From positions 1-20,507 of the forward strand of contig JANNXQ010000215.1 in NCBI GenBank assembly GCA_031409655.1: a stretch of 20,507 nt of DNA. Direction: 5' to 3'. Below, one piece after another: positions 8,045-17,468 of this stretch (position 1 is its first letter; the number at the start of each line of letters is the position of its first letter). Below the pieces are notes generated by a model. It saw nothing but the letters and a program-made list of their open reading frames with translations, made no database searches and was not told the origin of the DNA. A program made the translations under genes and the position numbers. Origin of the DNA: Chthoniobacteraceae bacterium (lineage in GTDB: Bacteria > Verrucomicrobiota > Verrucomicrobiia > Chthoniobacterales > Chthoniobacteraceae).

Positions 8045-8111
8045 GGCAAGCGCTCCGCTTGCCTGCGCTTGCCTCCGCTGACTTGGCAGGCGGGGCGCCT
8101 GCCCTACAATT
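8037..8111. repeat. Inverted GTAG-type REP doublet
   Basis: 8037-8063 aattgtagggcaagcgctccgcttgcc matches the reverse complement of 8085-8111 (aattgtagggcaggcgccccgcctgcc) with 3 mismatches. Each arm is GTAG followed by a hairpin. Confidence 0.85.
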
Positions 8112-8122
8112 CTCGCGTTCCC

Positions 8123-8179
8123 CTCGTTCCCAAAGTGCGGAGTTTTGGGAATGCTCCTGCTGGGCGCAACTGTGTTGCG
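8123..8179. repeat. Double-hairpin REP-like element (CTCGTTCCCAA...TTGGGAA type)
   Basis: Stems ttcccaaa(8127-8134)/tttgggaa(8144-8151) and cgcaac(8165-8170)/gttgcg(8174-8179). Single copy in the window. Confidence 0.45.
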
Positions 8180-8215
8180 GTGGCGGGTGGTACGACGATT
8201 CCCGATTTTCCCCGC

Positions 8216-9199
8216 TCAGTAATTTTTCTCCCCGACCACCTGCAGCAGGTCGCTAACGATGTCGCGGGCCTTCTTGCCGGCGCCGGTGGCGCGGTAATTC
8301 GTGATCACCCGGTGCTGTAGCACGGGGAGCGCGACTTCGCGGACGTCTTCCGTTTCCGGGGCGAGTTTTCCTTTGAGCAAGGCTAGGGCTTTGGCGCCGA
8401 GGATGAGGTATTGCGAGGCGCGAGGGCCGGCGCCCCATTCGACGAAGTCCTTCGTGACTTGCGGGGCGGCGGGATTGGCTGGGCGCGTGGCAGCGGAGAG
8501 GCGCACGGCGTAGTCGATGACGTGATCGCTGACGGGGGCGGCGAGGACGAGTTGCTGGACGTCGCGGATGTCCTCGAGCGAGGCCACGGCGTCGAGGGTT
8601 TCAGCGGTGCGCAAGGTGGTGCGGCGGACGATCTCGATCTCCTCCTCGTGCGCGGGGTAGTCGAGCTGGAGCGAAAACATGAAGCGATCGAGCTGCGCTT
8701 CGGGGAGCGGATAGGTGCCCTCTTGCTCGATGGGATTCTGCGTGGCGACGACGAGGAAGGGAGCGGGCAGGGGACGCGATTCCCCGCCAACGGTGACGCG
8801 ATGCTCCTGCATGGCTTCGAGCAGTGCGGACTGGGTCTTGGGCGGTGTGCGGTTCACCTCATCGGCGAGGAGCAGGTTGGCGAAGATCGGGCCGGCGAAA
8901 TATTCGAACTCCAGTTTGCGGTCGCGCTCCTGGAGCAACTCGGAGCCGATGATGTCGCTGGGCATCAGGTCGGGAGTGAATTGGATGCGTTTGAAGCTGA
9001 GCGTGAGCGTCTCGGCGAGGCTGCGGACGAGGAGGGTTTTTGCCAGGCCCGGGACGCCGATGAGCAGACAGTGGCCTCGGGAGAAAAGGCTCACGAGCAG
9101 CAGCCGGATGATCTGCTCCTGGCCGACCATCACTTTGCCAAGCTCCGCGACGATCCGCGAATAGACGATGTGAACAGCCTGGGGTGAAAGCGAATCCAT
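8216..9199 (-). CDS. MoxR family AAA+ ATPase
   Basis: GVPGLAKT, RIQFTPDLMPSD, LADEVNRTPPKTQSALLEAMQE, ATQNPIEQEGTYPLPEAQLDRF. Confidence 0.96.
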   Translation of the reverse strand: MDSLSPQAVHIVYSRIVAELGKVMVGQEQIIRLLLVSLFSRGHCLLIGVPGLAKTLLVRSLAETLTLSFKRIQFTPDLMPSDIIGSELLQERDRKLEFEYFAGPIFANLLLADEVNRTPPKTQSALLEAMQEHRVTVGGESRPLPAPFLVVATQNPIEQEGTYPLPEAQLDRFMFSLQLDYPAHEEEIEIVRRTTLRTAETLDAVASLEDIRDVQQLVLAAPVSDHVIDYAVRLSAATRPANPAAPQVTKDFVEWGAGPRASQYLILGAKALALLKGKLAPETEDVREVALPVLQHRVITNYRATGAGKKARDIVSDLLQVVGEKNY

Positions 9200-9214
9200 G
9201 GGAAGTTGGCCGGG

Positions 9215-9243
9215 AGGCTAGCGGGCTGTGGGGCGGATGCCAA
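9215..9243 (-). promoter_or_regulatory. Putative sigma70-like promoter of moxR
   Basis: Minus strand reads TTGGCA-17 nt-TAGCCT, ending 15 nt before the ATG. Confidence 0.4.
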
Positions 9244-9244
9244 T

Positions 9245-9274
9245 TGGCAAACCGAGCGCTGGCAAACCGAGCGC
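9245..9274. repeat. Perfect 15-bp tandem direct repeat
   Basis: tggcaaaccgagcgc occurs twice in the divergent moxR/RRM intergenic region. Confidence 0.8.
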
Positions 9275-9489
9275 AGGCGAGGTGCGAAAAGGTTTTCGAG
9301 AATACCCGTTGCTATTGCGGGCGGGCATGGTCCTTTGGTGGCGCAGATTCAGAGTCAGTACGGTGTTGGTAGATTGCTAGTTGAGTTCGTAACGCGGTTC
9401 ATCCCGTGGACTTCTTTCAGTGGCGATTTGAAATCCGATTCACGGGAACAGCCATTCGCTCCGCATTCGCAAAAGAAAGAACCACAGTC

Positions 9490-9804
9490 ATGTCCACCAA
9501 ACTCTACGTCGGGAATCTCTCCTTCCAAGCCACCGAAAACGAGATCCAGGATCTCTTCGCCGAAGCCGGCACCGTCACCGAGACGGCTTTGATGCAAGAT
9601 CGCGCCACGGGTCAGTCCCGCGGTTTCGGCTTCGTCACCATGTCCAGCGCTGACGAAGCGCAGAAGGCGATCAGCCTCTTCCACGGCAAGTCCGTGGGTG
9701 GCCGCCCGCTGACCGTCAATGAAGCCCGCCCTCGTGAAGACCGCTCCGGTCCTCGTGAAGGTGGCGGCAATCGCGGCGGCGGCGGCTACGCCCGGCGCGA
9801 CTAA
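9490..9804 (+). CDS. RRM (RNP-1) RNA-binding protein with Gly/Arg-rich tail
   Basis: RNP2 LYVGNL, RNP1 RGFGFVTM, GRPLTVNEARPRE, GGGNRGGGGY tail. ATG at 9490. Confidence 0.96.
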   Translation: MSTKLYVGNLSFQATENEIQDLFAEAGTVTETALMQDRATGQSRGFGFVTMSSADEAQKAISLFHGKSVGGRPLTVNEARPREDRSGPREGGGNRGGGGYARRD

Positions 9805-9825
9805 GATCCCGAGCTAGTCAGTTTT

Positions 9826-9857
9826 CAAAACGCCCCGACGCGAGTCGGGGCGTTTTG
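9826..9857. terminator. Intrinsic terminator after the RRM gene (possibly bidirectional)
   Basis: caaaacgccccgac-GCGA-gtcggggcgttttg is a perfect stem with a GNRA loop and A/T tracts on both sides. Confidence 0.85.
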
Positions 9858-9898
9858 CATTTCCGGCGACCCGCGATCCGGCACTTTCGAGCACAAGC

Positions 9899-9930
9899 AA
9901 AAGGGCGGACGACTTTCGCCGTCCGCCCTT
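9899..9930 (-). terminator. Intrinsic terminator of clpC
   Basis: Minus strand reads gggcggacggc-GAAA-gtcgtccgccc-TTTT, just downstream of the clpC stop. Confidence 0.8.
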
Positions 9931-9953
9931 GATGATTTGTTGCCTGGTCTCGA

Positions 9954-12446
9954 TCAGCTCGCCCCGGCGGGTTCGCCGCTGGCGCTGGCCGGGACATTGA
10001 AGGTGAGCTTTTCACCCTCGGCGCTGACGTTGGCGAGGTCGCCAGCCTTCAAATTGCCGCGGAGGATTTCCTCGGCCATCGGGTCTTCGAGGTAACGCTC
10101 GACGGCACGGCGCATCGGTCGCGCGCCGTATTGCGGGTCGTAGCCCTTGGCGATGAGGAGATTCTTGGCCTTCTCGTCGAGGATGAGGTCGATCTCCTTG
10201 AGCTTGATCCGGTCGAGCACCTTCTTGATTTCGAGGTCCACGATCTTCAGCAACTCGGGCTTGCCGAGCGTGTGGAAGACGATGAGGTCATCGAGACGGT
10301 TCACGAACTCGGGCTTCAAGACGCGCTTGGCCTCGTCGAGGATCTTCTCCTTCATCACATCGTAAGCCTGCTCGTCCTTCGTGGAAACGCCGAAGCCCAT
10401 GGTGGTGGACTTCTTGATCAGCTCCGCGCCGATGTTCGAGGTCATGATGATGATCGTGTTCCGGAAGTCGATCTTGCGCCCGAGCGAGTCGGTGACTTTG
10501 CCCTCCTCCAAAATCTGGAGGAGCAGATGCATCACGTCGGGGTGCGCTTTTTCGATCTCGTCGAAAAGGACCACGCTATAGGGGCGGCGGCGGACGGCTT
10601 CGGAGAGCTGGCCACCTTCTTCGTAACCCACGTAGCCCGGAGGCGAGCCGATGAGGCGGGAGGCGGTGAATTTCTCCATGTACTCGGACATGTCGATCTG
10701 GATGAGCGCATCGCGGTCGCCGAACATGAACTCAGCGAGGGTCTGGGCGAGGAAGGTCTTCCCGACGCCGGTGGGGCCGAGGAAGATGAACGAGCCGATC
10801 GGACGGCGCGGATCTTTCAGGTCGGCGCGCGAGCGGCGCAGGGCCTTGCTGATGGCGACGACGGCTTCCTGCTGGCCAATGACTTTGCCCCGGAGTTCGT
10901 CCTCCATCTTGAGCAGCTTGTCGGTCTCGGCCTGCTCCATGCGCTTGAGCGGAACGCCGGTCCACTTCGAGATGACATGCATGATGTCGTCTTCGGTGAC
11001 CATGACTTCCTTCTCTTCGCGAAGTTCACGCCATTCGATGAGGATGCGTTCGAGCTTGTCCTTCGCCTGTTTCTCGCTGTCGCGCAGGGCGGCGGCTTTT
11101 TCAAAGTCCTGCGCCTTGATGGCCGCTTCCTTGTTGCCGCGGATGACTTCGATCTCCTTCTCGACGTTCTTCACATCGGGCGGGCGGGTCATCGAGCCGA
11201 TGCGGGCGCGAGCGCCGGCCTCGTCCATGACGTCGATTGCCTTGTCGGGCAGGAAACGTCCGGTGAGGTAGCGATCGCTGAGCTTCACTGCCTGTTCGAG
11301 AGCTTCCTCGGTGTAGCGGGCTTTGTGATGCGCTTCATATTTTCCGCGCAGTCCTTTTAGGATCAGGATCGCCTGCTCGACGTTGGGAGCTTCCACTTTC
11401 ACCTGCTGGAACCGGCGTTCGAGCGCGGCGTCTTTCTCGATGTATTTGCGGAACTCGTTGAGCGTGGTGGCGCCGACGCACTGCATCTCGCCGCGGCTGA
11501 GCGCGGGCTTGATGATATTGCTGGCATCCATCGCGCCTTCGGCCGAGCCGGCGCCGACGATGGTATGCAGCTCGTCGATGAAGAGGATGACGTTCTTGGT
11601 CCGGCGGATTTCATCCATCACGGCCTTGATGCGTTCTTCAAATTGCCCGCGATACTTGGTGCCCGCGACCATCAGGGCGAGGTCGAGGCTGATCACTTTC
11701 TTGTCGCGGAGCAACTCGGGGACATTGCCAGTGGAGATTTCCTGCGCGAGTCCTTCGACGATGGCCGTCTTGCCGACGCCCGCTTCACCGATGAGCACCG
11801 GGTTATTCTTCGTCCGGCGGCAGAGCACCTGGATCACCCGCTCGATCTCGCTTTCGCGTCCGATCACGGGATCGATCTCGCCCTTTTTGGCCAGCTCCGT
11901 GAGATCCCGGCCAAAGGCGCGCAAGGCAGGCGTCTTCACGTCTTTCTTGCTGCCGCTGCCAGAACCAGATTCAGATGGCGCGTCCTGCTCGCCGTCCGGG
12001 GGAGTGAAATTGGGGTCGAGTTCCTTGAGGATTTCATTGCGGGTGCGTTCGATATCGACTTCGAGATTTTTGAGCACGCGCGCGGCCACCCCTTCACCCT
12101 CCCGCAGCAGGCCGAGCAGGATGTGCTCGGTGCCCACGTAGGAGTGGTTCAGCGACTTCGCTTCCTTCCCGGCGAGCGCGAGCACTTTCTTGACGCGCGG
12201 CGTGTAGGGAATATTGCCGACCATCTTCGTTTCCGGTCCGGAGCCGACCTGCTTTTCGACTTCCATGCGGACGGTTTCGAGGTCGAGGCCCATCTTCTGG
12301 AGCACATTGACGGCGACGCCCTGGCCAAGCTTGATCAGCCCGAGCAGAAGATGCTCGGTGCCCACATAATTGTGGTTGAAGCGGTCGGCTTCCTTGCGAG
12401 CAAGCGCGAGGACCTGTTGGGCGCGTGGAGTGAAGTTATTCATCAT
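9954..12446 (-). CDS. clpC: ATP-dependent Clp protease ATP-binding subunit ClpC
   Basis: Two Clp-N repeats ([11 protein letters not shown]), NBD1 [11 protein letters not shown]-like linker ([13 protein letters not shown]), NBD2 GPTGVGKT, ClpP-binding loop MGF. Start at 12446 or 12443. Confidence 0.95.
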   Translation of the reverse strand: MMNNFTPRAQQVLALARKEADRFNHNYVGTEHLLLGLIKLGQGVAVNVLQKMGLDLETVRMEVEKQVGSGPETKMVGNIPYTPRVKKVLALAGKEAKSLNHSYVGTEHILLGLLREGEGVAARVLKNLEVDIERTRNEILKELDPNFTPPDGEQDAPSESGSGSGSKKDVKTPALRAFGRDLTELAKKGEIDPVIGRESEIERVIQVLCRRTKNNPVLIGEAGVGKTAIVEGLAQEISTGNVPELLRDKKVISLDLALMVAGTKYRGQFEERIKAVMDEIRRTKNVILFIDELHTIVGAGSAEGAMDASNIIKPALSRGEMQCVGATTLNEFRKYIEKDAALERRFQQVKVEAPNVEQAILILKGLRGKYEAHHKARYTEEALEQAVKLSDRYLTGRFLPDKAIDVMDEAGARARIGSMTRPPDVKNVEKEIEVIRGNKEAAIKAQDFEKAAALRDSEKQAKDKLERILIEWRELREEKEVMVTEDDIMHVISKWTGVPLKRMEQAETDKLLKMEDELRGKVIGQQEAVVAISKALRRSRADLKDPRRPIGSFIFLGPTGVGKTFLAQTLAEFMFGDRDALIQIDMSEYMEKFTASRLIGSPPGYVGYEEGGQLSEAVRRRPYSVVLFDEIEKAHPDVMHLLLQILEEGKVTDSLGRKIDFRNTIIIMTSNIGAELIKKSTTMGFGVSTKDEQAYDVMKEKILDEAKRVLKPEFVNRLDDLIVFHTLGKPELLKIVDLEIKKVLDRIKLKEIDLILDEKAKNLLIAKGYDPQYGARPMRRAVERYLEDPMAEEILRGNLKAGDLANVSAEGEKLTFNVPASASGEPAGAS

Positions 12447-12691
12447 TTTAGGTTCGCATTCCGCGGGGGCCCGCCACCTACCTCGCACGTCGCGCAGGTT
12501 GCAGCAGACTCACGGAACACGACGCACCTTGGTGCGGAACCGGAAGGGGTGCAAGGAGTGAGCCGCGTCATAAGTAAATTTTTCACAAAAAATATCTGAC
12601 CTGCCGATGCCCGATGGCTTTCCGCTCGCGAGGGCGCAGGGCCGGGCTAAGATTCGCCCCGTCTGAGGAGTCCTCCTCCGCACTTCCCGTC

Positions 12692-15600
12692 ATGCGTTTC
12701 CTTCAGAGAAAAATTTCCGCGCTCGCGCTGTTCCTGTGCCTGATGGCGCTCGGAGTTTCGACGCCGCGCCTCGTGGGAGCGGTCGCCGGGAAGGTGGATT
12801 TCAATCGCGACATTCAGCCGATCCTTTCCGAGAACTGCTACCACTGCCACGGTCCGGACGAGAAGGGGCGCAAAGCGAAGCTGCGCCTGGATCGAAAGGA
12901 AGGCGCGCACGGGAAAAACGAAGACGGCGTCGCGATCGTGATGCCCGGCAAAGTCGCGGAGAGCGAACTGATCACGCGCATCCTCAGCACGGACCCGGAC
13001 GAGGTCATGCCGACGCCGAAATCGAACCGGAAGCTCACCGACGCGCAGAAGGAATCGCTGAAGCAGTGGGTCGAGCAGGGTGCGCCTTGGGCGGAGCACT
13101 GGGCGTTCATTGCGCCAGTCCGACCGCCGCTCGCGGAAATCCGAAATCCGAAATCCGAAATCCCATCGACCGCTTCGTCGGTGCGCAGTTGGAGCAGGAG
13201 GGGCTTTGGTTTTCGCCACCGGCTGCGCCGGAGAAAATCATCCGCCGGATGACGCTCGATCTCACGGGGCTGCCGCCGACGCTGGAAGAAGTCGGGACCT
13301 TCGTGAGTGAATACACCGCGCAACCGGCAGCGAGCATTGAGCGTCTCGCCGACCGCCTCCTCGCTTCGCCGCGCTATGGTGAAAGGATGGTCTGGGAGTG
13401 GCTGGATGCGGCGCGCTACGCGGACACCAATGGCTACCAGGGCGATCCCACGCGCTCGATGTGGTATTGGCGCGATTGGGCGATCAAGGCGCTGAACGCG
13501 AACCTGCCGTTTGACCAGTTCACGATCGAACAACTCGCGGGCGATCTGCTCCCGAATCCGACTCAGGAACAAATCATCGCCACCGGCTTTCATCGCAATC
13601 ACATGATCAACGGCGAGGGCGGACGCCTCGCCGAAGAGTCCCGGGTGGATTACGTGCAGGATCGCGTGGAGACCACGGGCACGGTCTGGCTTGGCCTCAC
13701 TTTCAACTGCTGCCGCTGCCACGACCACAAGTACGACCAACTCACCCAGCGCGAGTACTACCAGCTCAGCGCCTTCTTCAATTCCATCGAAGAAACCGGC
13801 GGCAATGACGCGGGCGGGCTCGCCAACCCGGTCCTTTCCTTTGCCTCGCCTGAGGAGCAGAAGAAAATCGACGAACGGAAACTCGCCGAAAGCGGAGCGT
13901 CGAAGGCCGTCATCGCGTTGGAAAAAAAGCTGCGTGCCGAGCAGCCGCAATGGGAGGCGGCGATGCTCGCTGGCGGTGTTTCCAAAGCGGAGGCCGGGTG
14001 GCAACCGCTGACCCCGATCGAAGCCAATGCCGAGCACGGCTCCAAGCTCGCCATCCAGCCAGACGGCAGTGTGTTGGCGAGCGGGCCGGCTCCGGACAAA
14101 GACGCGTACGTCGTGCTGGCCCACACCGAACTGGCGAATATCACGGGGTTTAAGTTGGAGGCCATTCCGGATGATTCTTTGGATAGCAAAGGTCCGGGCC
14201 GTTCGCCTGGGGGTGGGAATTTTGTCCTCACCGAGATCGCGCTTCAGGCGAGCGGCAAGAACATCGGCCTCACTCCGGTCCATGCAGACTTCGAGCAGCA
14301 GGGATTCACCGCGAGTGGGGCCGCGGATGGCAAGCCGGAGACGGGCTGGGCCATCGCCCCCGCCACCGGCAAACCGCATGCCCTCTATCTCGAGGCCCGC
14401 GAAAAGATGGGCTACAAGACGCAGGTCGAACTCGCTTTCCGCTTGCGTTTTGACTACGGCGGCGGACACACCTTGGGGCGCTTCAGGATTTTCGCGACGA
14501 CGGATCTTCCCGCGCTCTTCCGCCCCATCCCGGAGGCGGTGCGGCTGACGATCGCTAAGCCCGTCGAGCAACGCACCAAGGCGGAAACTGAAGCGACCGC
14601 CAAATTTTTCCTCGAGACGAACCCCGAACTCAAAGCCGCCCGTGCGAAGAGCGACGCGGAGAAGAAGGCCCGCCTGGCAGCGGAAAAAGCGGCGCCGCGC
14701 ACGATGGTCATGCGCGAGCGCGCAGAGCCGCGTGAGACCTCCGTTTTGATCAAGGGCGCTTACGATAAATTCGGCGACAAAGTCACGCACGGCACGCCCG
14801 CCTTTCTGCCAAAGCTCCCCGCCGAGGCTCCGCCGGACCGCCTCGCGCTCGCCCGCTGGCTCGTCTCGCCGGAGCATCCGCTCACCGCGCGGGTGACCGT
14901 GAATCGTTACTGGCAGACGTTCTTCGGGCAGGGCTTGGTGAAGTCCGCGGATGACTTTGGCGTGCAAGGGGAGAAGCCGACGAACCCGGAATTGCTCGAC
15001 TGGCTGGCGCGGGAGTTCATCGAAAGCGGCTGGGATGTGAAGCGCCTGCATCGCCTCATGGTGACCAGCGCGACCTACTTGCAGGAATCGAAACTCGTAC
15101 CCGGCATTGCCGAGCGCGACCCCGAGAACAAGCTCCTCTCGCACGGTCCGCGGTATCGGCTGCCGAGTTGGATGCTCCGCGATCAAGCGCTCGCCGTCTC
15201 CGGCTTGCTCGTCGAGAAGGAGGGCGGTCCGCCGGTGAAGGTCTATCAGCCGGAAGGCGTGTGGGAGGACGCGACGTTCGGGCAGATCAAGTTCACCCAA
15301 GATCACGGCGAAGCGCTCTACCGCCGCAGTCTCTACATTTTCTGGCGGCGCATCGTCGCTCCCACGCTCTTCTTCGACACCGCGAACCGGCAAAACTGCA
15401 CGGTGAAAATGGGCCGCACGAACACCCCACTGCACGCCTTGGTCACGCTCAATGACATCACCTACGTCGAAGCCGCGCGCGTCTTCGCCGAGCGCCTGCT
15501 GAAGCAGGGCGGCGCCACCGACGCTGAGCGGATCGCGTATGCCTTCCGACTCTGCACCGCGCGCGCTCCGCGCGAAAAGGATGCCGCGATCCTCACCGCG

Positions 15601-15771
15601 GCCCTCGCGAAATACCGCGAACAATACGCCGCCGATCCCGGGTCCGCCGCCAAGGTCATCGCGACCGGCGAATCAAAACCCGACGCCGCCCTTTCCCCTC
15701 CGGAACTCGCCGCTCACACCAGCCTCGCGTTGCTCCTGCTGAATCTCGACGAGACGCTCAGCAAGGAGTAG
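12692..15771 (+). pseudogene. PSD1/planctomycete cytochrome c domain protein (PSCyt1 + DUF1549 + DUF1553), frameshifted at a heptamer tract
   Basis: First frame: signal peptide, VDFNRDIQPILSENCYHCHGPD..WVEQGAPWAEHWAF. Second frame from about 13160: NPIDRFV..IRRMTLDLTGLPPT..YGERMVWEWLDAARYADTNG, CCRCHDHKYD, HPLTARVTVNRYWQ, LLLNLDE. The junction falls in (GAAATCC)4. Confidence 0.88.
13136..13163 (+). repeat. (GAAATCC)4 simple sequence repeat
   Basis: Four perfect heptamer units read directly from the sequence. Confidence 0.95.
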
Positions 15772-15775
15772 CCCC

Positions 15776-15800
15776 GGGAGCGCCGCCGTCCCGTGCGGCA
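15776..15800. repeat. Third copy of the GGGAGCGCCGCCGTCCCGTGCGGCA REP-like element
   Basis: Identical to the reverse complement of 2159-2183. Lies between the convergent PSD1 and sulfatase genes. Confidence 0.85.
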
Positions 15801-15824
15801 ATCCTGCCCGCGCGCGGCGCCACG

Positions 15825-17330
15825 CTACTTTTTCTTTTTCTTCCTCGGTTCGAGCGGCGTGGATGGATTTGCGCCCGCGGCCGCACGGAGAGCCTCAGCC
15901 TGTGCGGCCTCCGGCGTGCCCGGTTGCGGGCGCCAATCGCGCTCCGGGACGAAGCGCGCTTCCGCTTTCAACTCTTCGAGCGTCTCGAGGCGGCGGCCCT
16001 GGTCGTTCGTGTCTTCGATCCATTTCTCCAAAGCACCGCGCAAACGTTCACGCGCCTTTTGATGCGCGGGGTCGGCGGATTTTGCGAGGTTTTTGATTTC
16101 GTCGGGATCCGTCGTGAGGTCGTAGAGTTCCTCCTCGGGCGAAGTGGGCTGGCAAAGCTGCTCCTGCGCCGGTGTGAGTTTTCCCTGGGTGTGCAGTTCC
16201 GAGAGGAGCGACCACACGGGATACTGCTGCTGCTTGTACTCGTTGTAGGCGAGGAAGGGAACCCATGGGGTGAAGTTGCGGATGTAGCGGTAGCGGGCAT
16301 CGCGCACCGTGCGAAGGCGCATCACGGTCATGTCGCAGCGGTCGCGATGGCCGAAGACGTACTGCGGGTCGGGTTCGCAGCGGTCGCCGAGGAAGATGCG
16401 GCCCTGCATTTTCGCCGGCTTTGGCGCGCCAGCCACGGCGAGCATCGTCGGCGCGAGGTCGATTCCCTGGAGCATGCGTTCATCCACTGAGCCGGGTGTG
16501 AAATGCGCGGGAGCGGCAGATTTTTTCGGCCAGCGGATGATCAGCGGCACGAGGTGTCCCTCCTCGTAGCAGAACTGTTTTCCGCGGACGTGCGCCTGCC
16601 CATTGTCGCCGAAGAAGATGACCACGGTATTCTCCGCGAGCCCGGAGGTTTCCAACTCGCCAAGGATGGTCCCGATTTTTCCATCCAACTCGGTGGCAGC
16701 GTCCAAATATTCCGCCCAGTCCGCCCGCGTCGTCGCATGATCGGGGTAGTAGGGTGGGATTTTCACCTTCGCCGGATCGGCGTGCTTCGGACTCTTAAAA
16801 TTGCGGTGCGTCTCCTTGAAATTTACCTGCGCGTAAAATGGCTGATGTTTGGCGAGATCGCTCCAGTCGTTGGAATCGAAAAGCGGGGCTTCCACTTTGA
16901 AATTCCAGTCCGTCTTGCCCGAGCCTTTGAAGCCAAAAGATTCCGGCAGCTTCACGACATTCGCGGTGAAGTAGCCTGCGCCGCGCATCCAGTCGCAGAG
17001 CGTTTTCACTCCGTCCGGGAGGGGTTGCTTGTTCGCGGTGCGATGATTGTGGGTGCCGATCGTCGTCGAATACATGCCGGTCATGAAGGCCGACCGACTG
17101 ACGGAGCAGACCACGCCATTGTAGAAATGCGTGTAGCGGACGCCTTCCGTGGCGAGGCGGTCGAGATTCGGCGTCGAGACTTCCTTCGTCCCGTAGCAGC
17201 CAAGGTGTTGTCCGAAGTCTTCCGCGATCAGCCACAGAATATTCGGTCTGGCAGCTTTGGTCTCCGCGGCTTGGGCTGCGCCGAGAGTGGCGAAAAGGAG
17301 AACGGTGAGCGTGCGGAGGGCAGGGGACAT
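15825..17330 (-). CDS. Secreted sulfatase (S1 family)
   Basis: Signal peptide, RPNILWLIAED, TPNLDRLA.EG, CSVSRSAFMTG, GKTD, ENTVVIFFGDNG, RGKQFCYE, EELYDL..DPDEIKNLA. ATG at 17330. Confidence 0.93.
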   Translation of the reverse strand: MSPALRTLTVLLFATLGAAQAAETKAARPNILWLIAEDFGQHLGCYGTKEVSTPNLDRLATEGVRYTHFYNGVVCSVSRSAFMTGMYSTTIGTHNHRTANKQPLPDGVKTLCDWMRGAGYFTANVVKLPESFGFKGSGKTDWNFKVEAPLFDSNDWSDLAKHQPFYAQVNFKETHRNFKSPKHADPAKVKIPPYYPDHATTRADWAEYLDAATELDGKIGTILGELETSGLAENTVVIFFGDNGQAHVRGKQFCYEEGHLVPLIIRWPKKSAAPAHFTPGSVDERMLQGIDLAPTMLAVAGAPKPAKMQGRIFLGDRCEPDPQYVFGHRDRCDMTVMRLRTVRDARYRYIRNFTPWVPFLAYNEYKQQQYPVWSLLSELHTQGKLTPAQEQLCQPTSPEEELYDLTTDPDEIKNLAKSADPAHQKARERLRGALEKWIEDTNDQGRRLETLEELKAEARFVPERDWRPQPGTPEAAQAEALRAAAGANPSTPLEPRKKKKK

Positions 17331-17412
17331 GCGGTGAGGGTGCGCGAGGGAGAGGCGGGGATCAACGCCGCGCTTGCGGAAGCGTCGCCGAACCATTGGG
17401 CTTACCAAAACG

Positions 17413-17449
17413 CAGAAAAGCCGCACCAGCGAGTGGTGCGGCCTTTCTG
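17413..17449 (-). terminator. Intrinsic terminator after rpsR
   Basis: Minus strand reads gccgcacca-ctcgc-tggtgcggc-TTTTCT, 20 nt downstream of the rpsR stop. Confidence 0.75.
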
Positions 17450-17468
17450 TCTTCGACGGTCTCGGGGA

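Noticed and set aside
3237..8111. Composite transposon or integrative element
   Set aside because: The two boundary palindromes are unrelated in sequence, and no transposase, integrase or target-site duplication is visible.
10131..12599. Plus-strand ORFs 10131-11360 and 11565-12599
   Set aside because: Antisense to the highly conserved clpC.
12736..13135. N-terminus of the 1011-aa ORF as the true PSD1 start
   Set aside because: It is Arg-rich with no recognisable motif. The signal peptide and CxxCH are in the other frame, which indicates a frameshift.
12838..15624. 928-aa minus-strand ORF
   Set aside because: Antisense shadow of the PSD1 gene in high-GC DNA, with no recognisable motifs.
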